A stretch of DNA of 64,000 nt, taken from positions 72,407,018-72,471,017 of the forward strand of contig NC_057718.1 of assembly GCF_004010195.1 (NCBI RefSeq), read 5' to 3'. Origin of the DNA: Chiloscyllium plagiosum (Eukaryota). How positions within the stretch are numbered: the stretch's first letter is position 1; each line of letters starts with the position of its first letter. Of this stretch, positions 47,746 to 61,509 are shown piece by piece. Below the pieces are notes generated by a model that was not told the DNA's origin, did no database searches, and was given only the letters and a program-made list of their open reading frames with translations. The position numbers were made by a program, and so were the translations under genes.

Positions 47746-50435
47746 CAAATCAAAAAACCTGCACTCCAAGGTCTCTTTGTTCAGCAACACTTCTGAGGAC
47801 CCCTGCTAAGATTTGCTTTCCCAAAATGCAGCATGTCACATTGATTTAAATTAAACTCCATCTGCCACTTCTCAGCCCATTGGCTCATCTAATCAAGATT
47901 ACCATTGTAATCTGAGGAAATCCTATTCACTGTCCACTACAACTCCAATTTTGGTGTCATCTGCTAACTATACCTCTTATGCTCACATCCAAATCATTTA
48001 TATAAATTACGAAAGTAGTGGACCCAGCTCCGATCCTTGTGGCACTCCTCTGGTTACAGGCGTCCATTCTGAAAAACAACCCTCCACCACTACCCTCTGT
48101 CTTCTACCTGTAGTAGTGGCTAGTTCTCTCTGTATTCCATGAGATCTAACTTTGCTAACCAGTCTCCCATGGGGAACCTGTTGAATGCCTTACTGAAGTT
48201 CATACAGATTCCTGATGAAGGACTTCTGCCCAAAACATCGATTTTCCTGCTCCTTGGATGCTGCCTGACCTGCTGTGCTTTTCCAGCACCACTCTAATCT
48301 TGACTCCATATAGATCACATCCACCGCTCTGCCCACATCAATCCTAGCAAGTTTTTGGAAGATTTGTAGCTCACGTTGATTTTCTGGATGTAGGTTTGCT
48401 CGCTAATCTGGAAGGTTCATTTTTGGACATTTTGTCGCCATACTAGGTAACATCTTCAGTGAGCCTCCGGGCGAAGCACTGCTGGTGTTTGCTGTTTTCA
48501 GTTTATATTTGGGTTTCCTTGGGTTGGTGGTATCATTTCCGGTGGTGATGTCATTTCCAATGGTGATGTCATTCCTGTTCTGGACAAACAGGCAGAAAAC
48601 TAGTCACCAGGATACTTGGACATCAACTAGCCGCAAAACAACATCTCCCTAGTATCCTTACAGATAAGGAAGGACATCACTTCGACTGGGACAACACATC
48701 CATCTTAGGACAAGCCAAACAGAGACATGCACGAGAATTCCTACAGGTATGGCATTCCTACCGGAACTCTATCAACAATCACAATGACTTGGACCCCATT
48801 TATCACCCCCTGAGAAAAAGAACAGGAAATGACATCACCACAGGAAATGACATCACAAACCTAAGGAAATCCAACCATATGAATAGAAAGCAGGAAACAC
48901 CAGCAGTGCTTCATCTGGAGGCTGACTGAAGATGTTATCTAGTATGGTGACGAAACGTCTGAAAATGAACCTTCCAGCTCAGCGAGCAAACCTACATCCA
49001 GCTGATCAATCCGCATTGTTACTTGTTACTCAAGTTTGTGAGACATGATTTCCCACATATGAAGCCATGTTGACTATCCCTAATCAGTCCTTGCCTTTCC
49101 AAATACATGTACATCCTGTCCCTCAGGATTCCCTCCAACAACCTGCCTGCCACTAATGTCAGGCTCACTGGTCTATAATTCCCTGGCTTTTCCTGAGCAT
49201 CCTTCTTAAACAGTGGCACCACGTTAGCCAACCTCCAGTCTTCTGGCACCTACCTGTGACTATCGATGATACAAATATCTCAGCAAGGGGCACAGCAATC
49301 ACTTCCCTAGCTTCCCACAGAGCTCTAGCGTTCAACTGATCAAGTCCTGGGGATTTATCCACTTTTATGTGTTTCAAGAAATCCAGTACTTCCTCCTCTG
49401 TAAGGTGGATATTTTTCAAGATGTCACCATCTATTTCCCTACATTTTGTATCTTCCTTGTCCTTTTCCACAGTAAACACTGATGCAAAATACTCGTTTAG
49501 TATCTCCCTGATCATCTGCGGTTCTACACAAAGACTGCTTTGCTGATTTTTAAGGGCCCTATTATCTCCATAGTTACCCTTTTCTCCTTAATGTATTTGT
49601 AAAAACACTTTGGATTCTCCTTAACTCTGTTTGTTAAAGCTGTCTCATGTCTCCTTTTTGCCCTCCTGATTTCCCTCATAAGTATACTCCTACTGCCTTT
49701 ATACTCTTCTGAGGATTCATTCCATCTACCTTCTCTATACCTGATGTATGCTTCCTTCTTTTTCTTAACCAAACCCTCAATTTCTTTACTCATCCAACAT
49801 TCCCAACATCTATGAACTTTTCTTCACCCTAACAGGAATATACGGTCTCTGCAGTCTCAATATCTCATTTCTGAAGGTTTCCCATTTTCCAGCTGTCCTT
49901 TGAGCTGCGATCATCTGCCCCCAATCAGCCTTTAAAAGTTTTTGCCTAATACCGTCAAAATTGGCCTTTCTCCAATTTAGAACTTCAGCTTTCAGATTTG
50001 GTCTATCCTTTTCCATCACTATTTTAAAACGAATAGAATTATGATCCCTGGCCCTAAAGTGCTCCCCCACTGACACCTCAGTCACCTGCCCTGCCTTATT
50101 TCCCAAGCGTAGGTCAAGCTTTGCACCTTCTCTAGTAGGTACATCCACATACTGAATCGGAATTTCTTGTACACACTTAACAAATTCCTCTCCATCTAAA
50201 CCCTTAACACTATGGCAGTCCCAGTCTTTGTTTGGAAAGTTAAAATCACTTACCATAACCACCCTCAGTTCTTACAGATAACAGATTTCCTTACAAATCT
50301 GTTTCTTAATTTCCGTCTGAGTGTTAGGGGGTCTATAATACGATCCCAATAAGGTAATCATCCTTTTCTTATTTCTCAGTTCAACCCAAATAACTTCCCT
50401 GGATGTATTTCCAGGAATATTCTCCCTCAGTACAG
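47325..50435 (-). mobile_element. CR1-type LINE ORF2 (endonuclease to RT) remnant with nested SINE and PLE pieces
   Basis: SDFNFPNKDW, PTREGAKLDL, DHNSIRF and PEDWRLANVVPLFKK..PGNYRPVSLT in minus-strand ORFs. Confidence 0.92.
48345..49004. mobile_element. Penelope-like insertion with an inverted terminal arm and GIY-YIG remnant
   Basis: 48385-48581 is the diverged reverse complement of 48819-49000; TSD atcaatcc at 48337-48344 and 49005-49012; hammerhead motif at about 48923-48962. Confidence 0.82.
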
Positions 50436-50439
50436 CCGA

Positions 50440-51560
50440 GGTTGCGTGTTATTTTCTTCTTTTCTTCTTGTTGCGTAAATACTGGAAGATATTGCCCTTG
50501 GAATACACGTTTTGTTTAAATCCCTTGAATAGGTGTTCATGTTCTGCCTTCTGAGTTCTGGGTTGCTGCAGTGTATTTTGAATAGTGTTCTAATGCAGCT
50601 ATGTTTGCTACATGACCGGACATGGTAGTGACCATGCTGTACATAAGAGAAATATCAGAAATGACTACCCGACTACTCAGACTCCTTGGACTCCAGGGCG
50701 GCACGGTGGCTCAGTGGTTAGCATCAGGGACCTGGGTTCGATTCCCGCCTGTGTGTGTGGAGTTTGCACATTCTCCCTGTGTCTGCGTGGGTTTCCTCTG
50801 GGTGCTCCGGTTTCCTCCCACAATCCAAAGATGTGCAGGTCAGGTAAATTGGCCATGCTAAATTGCCAATAGTGTTAGGTGCGTTAGAGGTAAATATAGG
50901 GTTGGGGAATGGGTTTGGGTGGGTTACTCTTCGGAGGGGCGGTGTGGACTTGTTGGGCCAAAGGGCCTGTTTCCACACTGTAGAGAATCTAATGTAATCT
51001 AATGAATCTTAGTCATTCACAAAACAGCACTTTTCACCAGCTCCTCACAAAGGTTAAAGAGCCGATGCCACATCCAACAAGTCTAACATTATTTACAAGA
51101 TACCCTGCAAGGACTGTGAAAAACACTATATAGGTCAAGCTGGAAGAAAACTGGCTATATAAGTGCACGAACAACATCTTGCCATTGATTGACACAGCCA
51201 ATACTCTCTCATTTCCAACCACACGGACAATGAAGGACTTGAGTTCAACTGGGAAGATGCAACAATCATAGTACAGGCAAAACTGAGACAACGCGAGAGA
51301 ATTCCTTGAAGTCTGGCATTCTAACCAGAACTCAATCAATAAACACATTGAACTTTATTCCATATACAAACCACTCAGATACAGAACTGGAAATACCAAA
51401 AAACAAAGACATATAAATATCAGGTGGGATAGACCACCAACACTTTTTTTGAAGATGGCCTGATGACATCACCTAGCGAGACGACAAGACATCTACAGGA
51501 ACCCAGACCAGCTCAAATCTATGACCTTATCCACAACCCGCGCTACAAATCTTTTCAAAC
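50440..51560 (+). mobile_element. Old Penelope-like remnant (GIY-YIG), interrupted by an HE1-type SINE at about 50696-51000
   Basis: IIYKIPCKDCEKHYIGQAGRKL near 51088-51152; decayed hammerhead near 51460. Confidence 0.8.
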
Positions 51561-52239
51561 ACTATGATGATTAATTTCAACTTTGTTTTCTATTCTCTAC
51601 TTCGATGTATAACACAGTGTTCCTTTTTAATTATGTTTTTCAACCAGCACTGCAGCCTGCAATGATTTGTGCTCCTTGTCTGTTTCTGCATCCCTTTTAT
51701 ATTAGGAATTCTTTTTCATTTAGTATGTTTGTTGTTTATTGTGTTCAGTTGAGCTACTTGTCCAGTTAAGTTTGCTTTATTTATTATGTGGCTTTGACAG
51801 CATTGCTACAGAGAGTCATGAACTCCCACTCAAACCTTTACTTTGCAGGAGTCTGGTAATAAGAAGTACTAACTCAATTTGATCATTGTTTCACTTTTCA
51901 AGAAGGGTGATAAATCAATTGATGGAAACTGTAAAGGTATATCCATTTTATTCGTGATGAGAAGATTCTTATCTAAACTACTTTCTGTCATCAAGTCTGG
52001 AACAGCACAGAGTTCAGCATGGCCTTTATTGATCTGTTAACGGTGTTTGACCCCTCATAAAAGTGTTTAACATTTTCTCCAGAGACCAGCATAATTTGTT
52101 CCTAATGCAGGAGTTGCAAATAATAACTCCTCATAGTGAGTGCAACCTTTGCAACCTTTCGATTAGAGCTAATAGTTAAGTCACACTAGTTAAAGGCTGC
52201 TTGGCTGAAGAGCTAATTGTCATTTTTCTTATTGCTCAG

Positions 52240-52323
52240 GCAGACTTGGACTTGCAGATGGCAGTAGTTCAGACTGCCTATGCAAATGGAAACTCAACAA
52301 GATACATCACAGAGGTCATGAAG
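52240..52323 (+). CDS. PGM3: PGM3 coding exon (ADLDLQMAVVQTAYANGNSTRYITEVMK), 84 nt
   Basis: ctcAG acceptor and AAG|GTAATA donor; VVQTAYANG motif. Confidence 0.97.
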
Positions 52324-52518
52324 GTAATAAAATTCTGCAGTTGTATTTATTTGTTAACTTTAGTAAGTTCAAAGTCGCTCAAAAGTAAGTTCTAGTAACA
52401 TCTCGCAATTAACGTGTAACTTTACTATAGAGATCTAACAATTATTTTTTATTGGCATGCAAATGATATTACTCCATCTGTTACATTACTTCTAACTTGT
52501 GCTTCTGATTTTCCTTAG

Positions 52519-52617
52519 GTTCCTGTATACTGTGTAAATACAGGAGTGAAATATTTGCACCATAAAGCTCAAGAATTTGATGTTGGAGTTTATTTTGAAG
52601 CAAATGGCCATGGCACA
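52519..52617 (+). CDS. PGM3: PGM3 coding exon with the sugar-binding loop [11 protein letters not shown], 99 nt
   Basis: ccttAG acceptor and ACA|GTGAGT donor. Confidence 0.98.
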
Positions 52618-53046
52618 GTGAGTGGCAATTTGAATGGAGCGCTGTACTAGTCTGTTCTTGTTTTAATTAAGTATTTGTGATAACTTGAGAGTACTTGTTT
52701 TGTTGACTGAAGACTAAATTTATTAAATTAAATGGTATGAAATCCCATGTTCTGATAAACTTGTGATACTTTCCCTAAAGTGATTCTTTTATGTTGGTGG
52801 GAGTGAAAGGGTTCCATCTATCCCTTCCAAAATAAGTTAAAGGCATTTAATAGAACTATCCTAATAGTTTTAATCAGTAGCTAGTTAGATAAACATTGAC
52901 TGTACAGAGGACCTGGACCCTGACCATTCATTTGTCTGAGGTAAGATTATAGCATAAGAAGGTGAAGTGAGAAAGAACACTTTATCTGTCCACAGTGGCA
53001 ACATGAATATTAGTTTCCAAAGAGGGTCTTCAGTGTACCTTATGTT

Positions 53047-53234
53047 TAGATTAGAGTGGTGCTGGAAAAGCACAGCAGGTCAGGCAGCATCTGAGGAGCA
53101 GGAAAATCGACGTTTGAAGGGCTTTTGCCTGAAACGTCGATTTTCCTGCTCCCCTGATGCTGACTGACCTGTTGTGCTTTTTTAGCACCACTCTAATCTA
53201 AACTCTGGTTTCCAGCATCTGTAGTCCTTGTTTT
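53047..53234. mobile_element. Miniature fold-back Penelope-derived element
   Basis: Inverted arms 53044-53115 and 53132-53203; TSD taccttatgtt at 53036-53046 and 53235-53245. Confidence 0.82.
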
Positions 53235-53581
53235 TACCTTATGTTGTCCATCTAAATTTAGTCACCTTGCTGTGACTTATTTACTACGTTCTAATTAAAG
53301 TGCAAGCTTTGGGGTATCAAATTTGAGGTTGAAAGAATTGTGAAAAAAAATCTTAGATTAGGTGCCTAGGCAAGATTTAGGGGGCCCTTCAAAAATAACA
53401 TTAGAATGCTGCAAGAAGTAGCTTTTAAGCTATTGTGGAAGTAGCCATTTTTAATTTAATTCCATTGTAATTATACTTTGGATACTCTAAGAATGTGAAT
53501 GGTGCAGCATTTCTTTATTAGAATACCAAGTTCAAAATTAGTAGAAACCTGATAAACAGCCCAATTTTGTTTTATTTCTGT

Positions 53582-56500
53582 AGAGTCATAGGGATGTACA
53601 ACACAGAAATAGACTATTCGGTCCAACTTGTCCATGCTGACCAGATATCCTAAATAAATGTAGTCCCATTTGCCAACACTTGGCCCACATCCCTCTAAAC
53701 CCTTCCTGTTCATCTACCCATCCAGATGTCTTTTAAATGTTGTAATTGTACCAGCCTCCTCCCCTTGCTCTGGCAGCTCATTCCATACACGCACTACCCT
53801 CCACATAAAATTGTTGTCGCTTAATTCCCTTTTAAATCTTTTCCTTCTCACCCTAAGCCTATGCTCTCTAGTTCTGGACTCCCCCACTACAGGGAAAAGA
53901 CATTATCTATTTACCCTATCCATGCGCCTTGTGATTTTATACATCTCTATAACGCCAGCCCTCAGCCTTCAATGCTCCAGAGAAAACAGCCCCAGGCTAT
54001 TCAGCCTCTCCATATAGCTCAAAACCTCCAACCCTGGCAACATCCTTGTAAACCTTTTCTGAACCCTTTCAAGTTTCTCAACATCCTTCCGTTAGGAGGG
54101 GGGTCCAGAATTGCACACAATATTCCAAAAGTGGGCTGCCCAGTGTCCCGTACAGTCGCAACACGACCTCCCAGATCCTAAACTCAATACTCTGACCAAT
54201 AAAGGAAAGTATACTAAATGCCTTCTTTATTATCCTATCTACCTGCGGCTCCACTTTCAAGGAGCTATGAACCTGCACTCCAAGGTCTCTTTGTTCAGCA
54301 ACACTCCCCCGGACCTTACCATTAAGTGTATAAGTCCTGCTAAGATTTGCTTTCCCAAGATGTAGCACCTCGCATTTATCTGAATTAAACGCCATGTTCT
54401 CAGCCCATTGGCCCATCTGATGAAGATCTCATTGTAATGTGAGGTAACCTTTTTCGCTGTCCATGACATCTCCAATTTTTGTGTAGTCTCAAACCTATTA
54501 GCTATACTGCTGTCTTCACATCCAAATCATTTACACAAATGATGAAAAGCCGTGGACCCAGTGCCGATCCTTGTGGTACACCACTGATCACAGGCCTCCA
54601 GTCTGAGAGGCAACCTTTCACCCCCACCCTCTGTCTTCTACCTTCAAGCCAGTTCTGTATCCAAATGGCTAGTTGTCCCTGTATCCCTTGTGATCTAACC
54701 TTGCTAACCATTCTACCATGAGGAACTTTGTCAAATTACTTACTGAAATCCATATAGATCATGTCCACTGCTCTTCCCTCATCAATTCTCTTTGTTACTT
54801 CATAAAACTCAATTAAGTTCCTGAGACATGATTTCCCATGCACAAAGCCATGTTGACTATCCCTAATCAGTCCTTGCCTTTCCAAATACATGTAAATCCC
54901 ATACATCTATAGCCATCTATTTCCCCATGTTCTGTATGTCCTTCTCCACAGTGAACACTGATGCAAAATCAGTATCTTCCCCATCTCCTGAGGTTCCACA
55001 CATAGGCTGCCTTCCTAATCTTTGAGGAGTCCTGAAGAAGGGCCTGTGCCCGAAACGTCGAATCTCCTGTTCCCTGGATGCTGCCTGACCTGCTGTGCTG
55101 TTCCAGCAATAAAGTTTCAATCCTGTTCTTTCCCTAGTTACCTTTTTGTCCTTAATGTATTTATAAAATCCCTTTGGAATCTGCTTAACTCTATTTGCCA
55201 AAAATATCTTATGTTCCCTTTTTGCCCTCCTGATTTCTCTCTCAAATATACTCTTTATACTCTTATAAGGATTGACTTGATCTCTGATGTCTATACCTTG
55301 ACATATGCTTCCTTCTTTTTCTTGAGTAAAACTTCAATTTCTCTAGTCTTCCAATATTCCCTGTACCTACCAGCCTTTCCTTTCACCCTAACAGGAATAT
55401 ACTATCTCTGCACTCTTGTTATCTCACTTCTGAAGAGTTCCATTTTCCAGCCATCCCTTTACCTGCGAACATCCGCACCCAATCAACTTTTGAAAGTTCT
55501 TGCCTAATATTGTCAAAATTAGCCTTCCTCCAATTTAGAACTTTTAACTTTTAGATCCTATCTATCCTTTTCCATCATTATTTTAAAACTTAAAGAATTA
55601 TGGTCGCTGGCCCTAAAGTGCTTCCCCACTGACACCCCAGTCACCTGTCCTGCCTTATTCCCCAAGAGTAGGTCATGTTTTGCACCTTCTCTAGTAGATC
55701 CATCCACATACTGAATCAAAAATGTTTCTTATACACACCTAACAAATTCCCCTCTGTCTAAACCCTTAACACATTGGCAGTCCCAGTCTATGTTTAGAAA
55801 GTTAAAATTCCTACCATAACCACCCTATTATTCTTGCAGATAACTAAGATCTCCTTACGAATTTGTTTCTCAATTTCCCACTGACTATTGGGGGTCGGTA
55901 GCACAATACAAATAAGGTAATCATCCCTTTCTTATTTCTCAGTTCCACCCAAATAACTTCCCCGCACATATTCTCAGGAATATTCTACCTAAGTACAGCT
56001 GTAATGTTATCGCTTATCAAAAATGCCACGCCCCCTCCTCTCTTGCCTCCCCTTTCTCTCCTTCCTATAGCATTTCTTTCCTGGAACATTAAGCTGCCAA
56101 TCCTGTCCATCCTGAGCCACATCTCTAATTGCTATGATATCCCAGTCCCATGTTCCCAATTATACCCTGTGTTCATCTGCCTTCCCCGTTAGGCCTCTTG
56201 CATTGAAATAAATTCAATTTGATTTACCTCATTCTTTGCTTTGTTCATGCCTGTCTTGACAGTTTGACTTCTTGCTCCCTCTCCCAAACGGTATCAGTCT
56301 GAGACTGATCTCTTTTCTCACTATCTCCCTGGGTAAACCCCCCCCCCCCCCCCAAAAAGACACAACCTTATTAGTTTAAGTCCTCTCAAGCTGCTCTGGC
56401 AAATCTCCCTGCCAGTATATTAGTCCCCTTCTAATTGAGGTGCAATCCTTCCTTCCTTCTACATGTCACTTTTACCCCAGAAGAGATTCCAATGATCTAA

Positions 56501-58650
56501 AAATGTGAATCCTTCTCTCCTGCACCAGCTCCTCAACCATTCATTCACCTGCTCTGTTCTCCTATTCCTACCCTCATCAGCTTAGAGCACGGGAGTAATC
56601 CAGATACTACTACTCCTGAAGACCTTTTTAAATTCCTGCTTAACTTCCTATATTCTCCATTAAGAATCTCATCCTTTTCCCTTCCTGTGTCATTAGTTCC
56701 AGTGTGTAGAACTGCCTCCTGCTGCTCCCACTCATCTTTGAGAATATTCTGTACTCTCTGCAAAATAGCCTTGATCCTGGCAACAGACCATTCAGATTTC
56801 TCGCTGTCGGTGAGAACGGTCTATCTGTGCCTCTGACTAGAAAGTCCCCTATCACAATCGATTACTTGGGACCTGACATATCTCTTGTTACATTAAAGCC
56901 AATCTCCGTACCAGAAACTTGGCTGCTCATGCTACATTCCCCTTAAAGTCCATCACTCCCTACATTTTCTAAAACAATATACTTGTTTGAGATAGACACA
57001 GACACAGGAGACTATTGCACTACCTGCTTCCCTCTCCTACCTTTCCTGGCGTTATCTGTGATTTTTTTTCCCTTTCTCATCTCATTATAGGAAAGATGTG
57101 GAAGTTTTAGAGAGGGTGCAGAGGAGATTTACCAGGATGCTGCCTGAACTGGAGGGCATTGTCTTATGAAGTTGAGGGAGTTATGGCGTTTCTCATTGGA
57201 GTGAAGAAGGATGAGAGGTGACTTGATAGAGGTGAACAAGATGATGAGAGGTATAGATTGAGTGGATAGCTAGAGACATCGTTCCAGGGTGGAAATGGAG
57301 GGCATAATTTTAAGGTGATTGAAGGAATGTTTAGGGGAAATGTCAGAGGTAGGTTCTTAACACAGAGAGTGGTGGGTGCATGGAATGCACTGCCAGCAAT
57401 GGTGGTAGAGTTAGACATAAGATGATCAGAGGATTAGGTAGGATGGACAGTGAGAGCCTTTTTCCTCGGATGGTGACGGCTAGCACGACGGGACATAGCT
57501 TTAAATTGAGGGGTGATAGATATAGGACACATGTCAGAAGTAGGTTCTTTACTCAAAGAGTAGCAACAGTAGTAGTAGACTCGCCAACTTTAAGGGCATT
57601 TAAATGGTCATTGGATAAACATATGGATGATAATGGAATGGTGTAGGTTAGATAGGCTTCAGATTGGTTTCACAGGTCGGTGCAACATCAAGGGCCGAAG
57701 GGCCTGGCCTACGCTGAAATGTTCAAATTTCTATGATACATTAGGGACATTTAAGTGACCCCTGGATAGGCACATGGATGATAGTAGAATGTAGGTATGT
57801 AGGTTAGTTTTATAAAAGGTCACACAACATCGAGGGCAGAACGACCTGTACTGTGCTGTACTGTTCTGTGTTCCACATTCTATAACTGCCTTCCATCACA
57901 CTCCCTAGTTCCTGTAAATTCGTCATTACCTCTAATTGCTGCTCCAACTGATCAATGTGACCTGATAGGATTCATAACTGAACACATTTACTGTAGACAT
58001 AATCATCAGTAACATGGAAATTCTCCCTAATCTCCCACATCTGACAGGAAGTGCACATCATTCTACTAAAGGCCATCTTTACACCTTAACAAGAATATAG
58101 CACAGTCACGGTGGCATGATGATTAGCACTGCTGCCTCAGAGAGCCAGGTTCAATTCCTGCCTCAGGCAACTGTCTGTGTGGAGGTTTTCATTCTCCCTG
58201 TGTCTGCGTGGGTTTCCTCCGGGTGCTCCGGGTTCCTCCCACAGTCCAAAAATGTGCACGTTATGTGGATTGGCCATGCTAAATTGCCCGTAGTGTTAGG
58301 TGAAGGGGTAAACGTAGGGGAATGGGTCTGGGTGGGTTGCTTTTCGGAGGGTCGCTGTGACCTTGTTGGGCTGAGGGGCCTGTTTCCACACTGTACATAA
58401 TCTAAAAACACTACATCAGGCTAACCTTAGTACCTATGTTTTATATTTATTAAATTTTAATCAAGAGACTGATCTCAATAAAACCACAAAGTACCCACTC
58501 TACTCACTATTCAAAAAAAGACAGCAAGGTTACACTTAAAAACCATGTACTTATCTACTCCTGTGCTGTGAGCTCTCCACACATGTTCCTCCAAAGTCAG
58601 ATGTGAATTTTGCTGATGTTAATTTTTCTTAGATGCACTCTGATGTCCAG
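53582..58650 (-). mobile_element. Near full-length decayed CR1-type LINE (ORF1 zinc finger/esterase, endonuclease, RT, 3' tail) with an internal deletion
   Basis: ORF1 start MAFSRMMCTSCQMWE at 58076; esterase-like IGDFLVRG and [18 protein letters not shown]; hosts a PLE fragment (55030-55120), two nested sense CR1 3' ends (57075-57875) and a SINE (58100-58403). Confidence 0.85.
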
Positions 58651-58828
58651 TGCATCTTGGTCCACTTTGGTTGTTACATTTTGGAAGAGAAATTGAGAAG
58701 CACAGGTGGTGGGAAGGAGAACCCTCTGTTTGTATGATGGAAATGTTGTCTTTAAAATTATATTCATAGAATTGACAATATCATAGTAACTGAATCTGAA
58801 AAATGTCTACTTATTTTCCCCTTTTAAG

Positions 58829-58948
58829 GTACTTTTTAGTAAAACTGCTGAAAACAACATCAGACAGCTGGCTTGGGACAATAATCAACCAGTAGAGAGA
58901 ACCAATGCAGCTAAAATGCTTGAAAACACTATTGATTTAATCAATCAG
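58829..58948 (+). CDS. PGM3: PGM3 coding exon (VLFSKTAENN...LENTIDLINQ), 120 nt
   Basis: ttttaAG acceptor and CAG|GTGAAT donor; phase 0 at both ends; open frame. Confidence 0.95.
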
Positions 58949-59371
58949 GTGAATGCATTTTGTTAAGCATAGCATGACCTTTTACATAGCTACTTGAAGT
59001 AGGCATTTCCAGTAAGACTTGACAGGCTGTATATGGATAATTTGATGAAAAGCTAATGAGAAAGAGAAACCTCAATTGACTCTCTATTCTCCAGCATTTG
59101 TATAAGTAACTGGCATTCATTTGATGCTATTTTAGTGGGGAATTCGGAGCGTGTCATGTGTAGGTGAAATCAATAGTATCTAGAGGTTTTCATTTAGTTA
59201 TTAAACAGCTTATCCTATGAACAGTAAATATTGCTAATCATGTAATATAATTATAAAAAAAGACTTACCTGACTACTCATAGCTTTATTAGTAAAGCTCC
59301 ACGACGTTTAAACAGGGCCTGTCCATCAGTCTACTGATTGCATTTTCTGACCTCTGATTCTGACTTTATAG

Positions 59372-59494
59372 ACAGTGGGAGATGCCATATCAGACCTGCT
59401 AACAATAGAGGCCATCCTGTTTATTACGGGCTTCACTATCCAAAAATGGGATTCAATTTACACAGACCTTCCTAACAGGCAACTAAAAGTGAAG
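59372..59494 (+). CDS. PGM3: PGM3 coding exon ([10 protein letters not shown]...[12 protein letters not shown]), 123 nt
   Basis: tatAG acceptor and AAG|GTGAGT donor; GDAISD and [11 protein letters not shown] motifs. Confidence 0.97.
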
Positions 59495-59659
59495 GTGAGT
59501 TTATTCCTTACGTTACGTTAATGTAAAAAGTTGGAAGCATTGAACATTTAAAGGGAAAGCAGCTACACATTTCATTAGTATCTATCATGGCCGTTCTCAT
59601 CTTTTGGTAATTTTGTGTTCACAAACTAGAGTATTTAATTTAGAATGAGGTAAGTGCAA

Positions 59660-59830
59660 CACTGAGGGAATGTTACACTGTTGGAGGTGCTGCCTTTAGG
59701 TTGAGAGGTTAAATTTTGGCCCTGTTAGGCAGACATTGAAACAAGGAATTTGCCATGCACGAATTAACAGCAGTATTTTACTACAGTAAAAGAGGGAATT
59801 TGCTTGAAAAGCACTTCACTTAATTGACTG
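59660..59830 (+). mobile_element. Ancient Deu-domain (AmnSINE1/SacSINE1-like) SINE remnant
   Basis: actgagggaatgttacactgttggaggtgctgcctttaggttgagaggttaaa resembles the Deu-domain core, from recollection; not database-checked. Confidence 0.45.
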
Positions 59831-60540
59831 CAAATTGCTTTTATAGTTTACTTATATACTATATAAGTATAATGTTTTGTCTGGCTCTCTGATGGATTTA
59901 TCCTTACCCTCCTGTTTTTCATCTATCATGCAATCACTCAGTGACAAACAAAGGGTCAGTTTCTACGTCAGTGATGCTGACACCTTCTCAACTTCATAAC
60001 TTGACTGTTCCAATGCGTTTGATTTGTTTGACATTCAGTGCTAGATGAGTAGAAATCTCCTCGGGTATTGGGAAGAGTGAAACTATTCCTGTTGATCTTT
60101 GCCAAAAATTGTATTCTTAGCCACTGACTTCAACTTGAAGCTATACTTGATAATCAGCTTTGGTGTCATATCTGATTCCATTATGAGTTTTCCACTGCAC
60201 CTTTGACACCAACTGTATCCACTTCTGTAGCATTGCTCAATTTTTCCTTAGCTTATCAGCTATTAAAACTGTCATCTTTGCCTTGGAAGTTTCTGTTACG
60301 AGGTCAGCAACCTGAAATGCTGACTGTGTCTCTCTGCGAATGCTGCCTGACCTGAGTTTTCCAGCTGTTTGTTCTTATTTCAAGTTTCCAGCATCTGCAG
60401 TATTTTCCTTTTAATGTCCCTGCCTTAGTTACCTGTATGCTTGAATATTCCACTTCATGCATGGGTGGTCTTCCATCTTTGGCCCTCCAAAATCTTAAGG
60501 TTATTCAAACCTCCATGATAATGTCTAAATTCTCAATAAG

Positions 60541-60666
60541 GAGAAAGTGAGGACTGCAGATGCTGGAGATCAGAGCTTAAAAATGTGTTGCTGGAAAAGC
60601 GCAGCAGGTCAGGCAGCATCAAAGGAACAGGAGAATCGACGTTTCGGGCATAAGCCCTTCTTCAGG
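60541..60666 (-). mobile_element. Young short Penelope-derived fragment starting at the hammerhead core
   Basis: Nearly identical to 62351-62476; hammerhead motif at 60634-60666 (-). Confidence 0.87.
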
Positions 60667-61509
60667 TACTGCATCCTGGTAAAGCAACGTCCTGATTTTA
60701 TCTTCAAATCCCTCAATGGCATTGCCTCTTTCTATCTTTGTAATCACCTAAAGCTCTCTGATAACTGCAGCAGCAATTTAGCAGTATTGAGAACCCCATT
60801 TTAGTATGACTTTCATTGGTGGTTTTGACTTCAGCTGCCAAGACACTCTGTTGCAGAATTCCTTCCCTTAACCTCTCCGCTATTTCCTCGTTTAGTGGGT
60901 TTCTTAAAACCATCTTGTCAATAAATTTTCATAATATGGATGGCTTGGTGTCAATTTTTGTCTTTTAAAGCTTCTGGGAAGCACTGAGGGAAATGTTTGC
61001 AAGGACCATTTCCTTTTTGGCCCCAAAATGTAAATGACCTCCTACTTGGTTGAAATCCAGCTGCAGCAATGTCCCTTTGAGTTTTATACTTCATTTTCAC
61101 TACTTATTTTACTGTAATGTCTGTGTCATTTTCAATATGTGGCAGTTCTCTATTGTGTTTCTTAGTGAGGAATTAATAAATGTAGTGAACATTTGAGGTC
61201 CCAGCTCCGATCAATGTAACTAGTAGTTACATTTTTCTCATTTGAGTATTGATAAATTATGCTTACCCTTCTGCCATCTAGTCAGCGCTTTAGTTTTCAC
61301 TTTTTCATAAGGAAAATATTGAATGTTCCATGAAGGTCGCCGTGAGTACAACCATGGACATTAACAGGCCATAATATCTTCTTCAAAAAGGCCTCTGACA
61401 ATGCAGTGCTCTGTTTGCACTGAGTCGCTCAAGACCTGTTGCACCATGGACATCGAGTCAGAAAATAGTGCCATTAGTGAGCCAACCCGATCAGCTTACT
61501 CTGCAAAAT

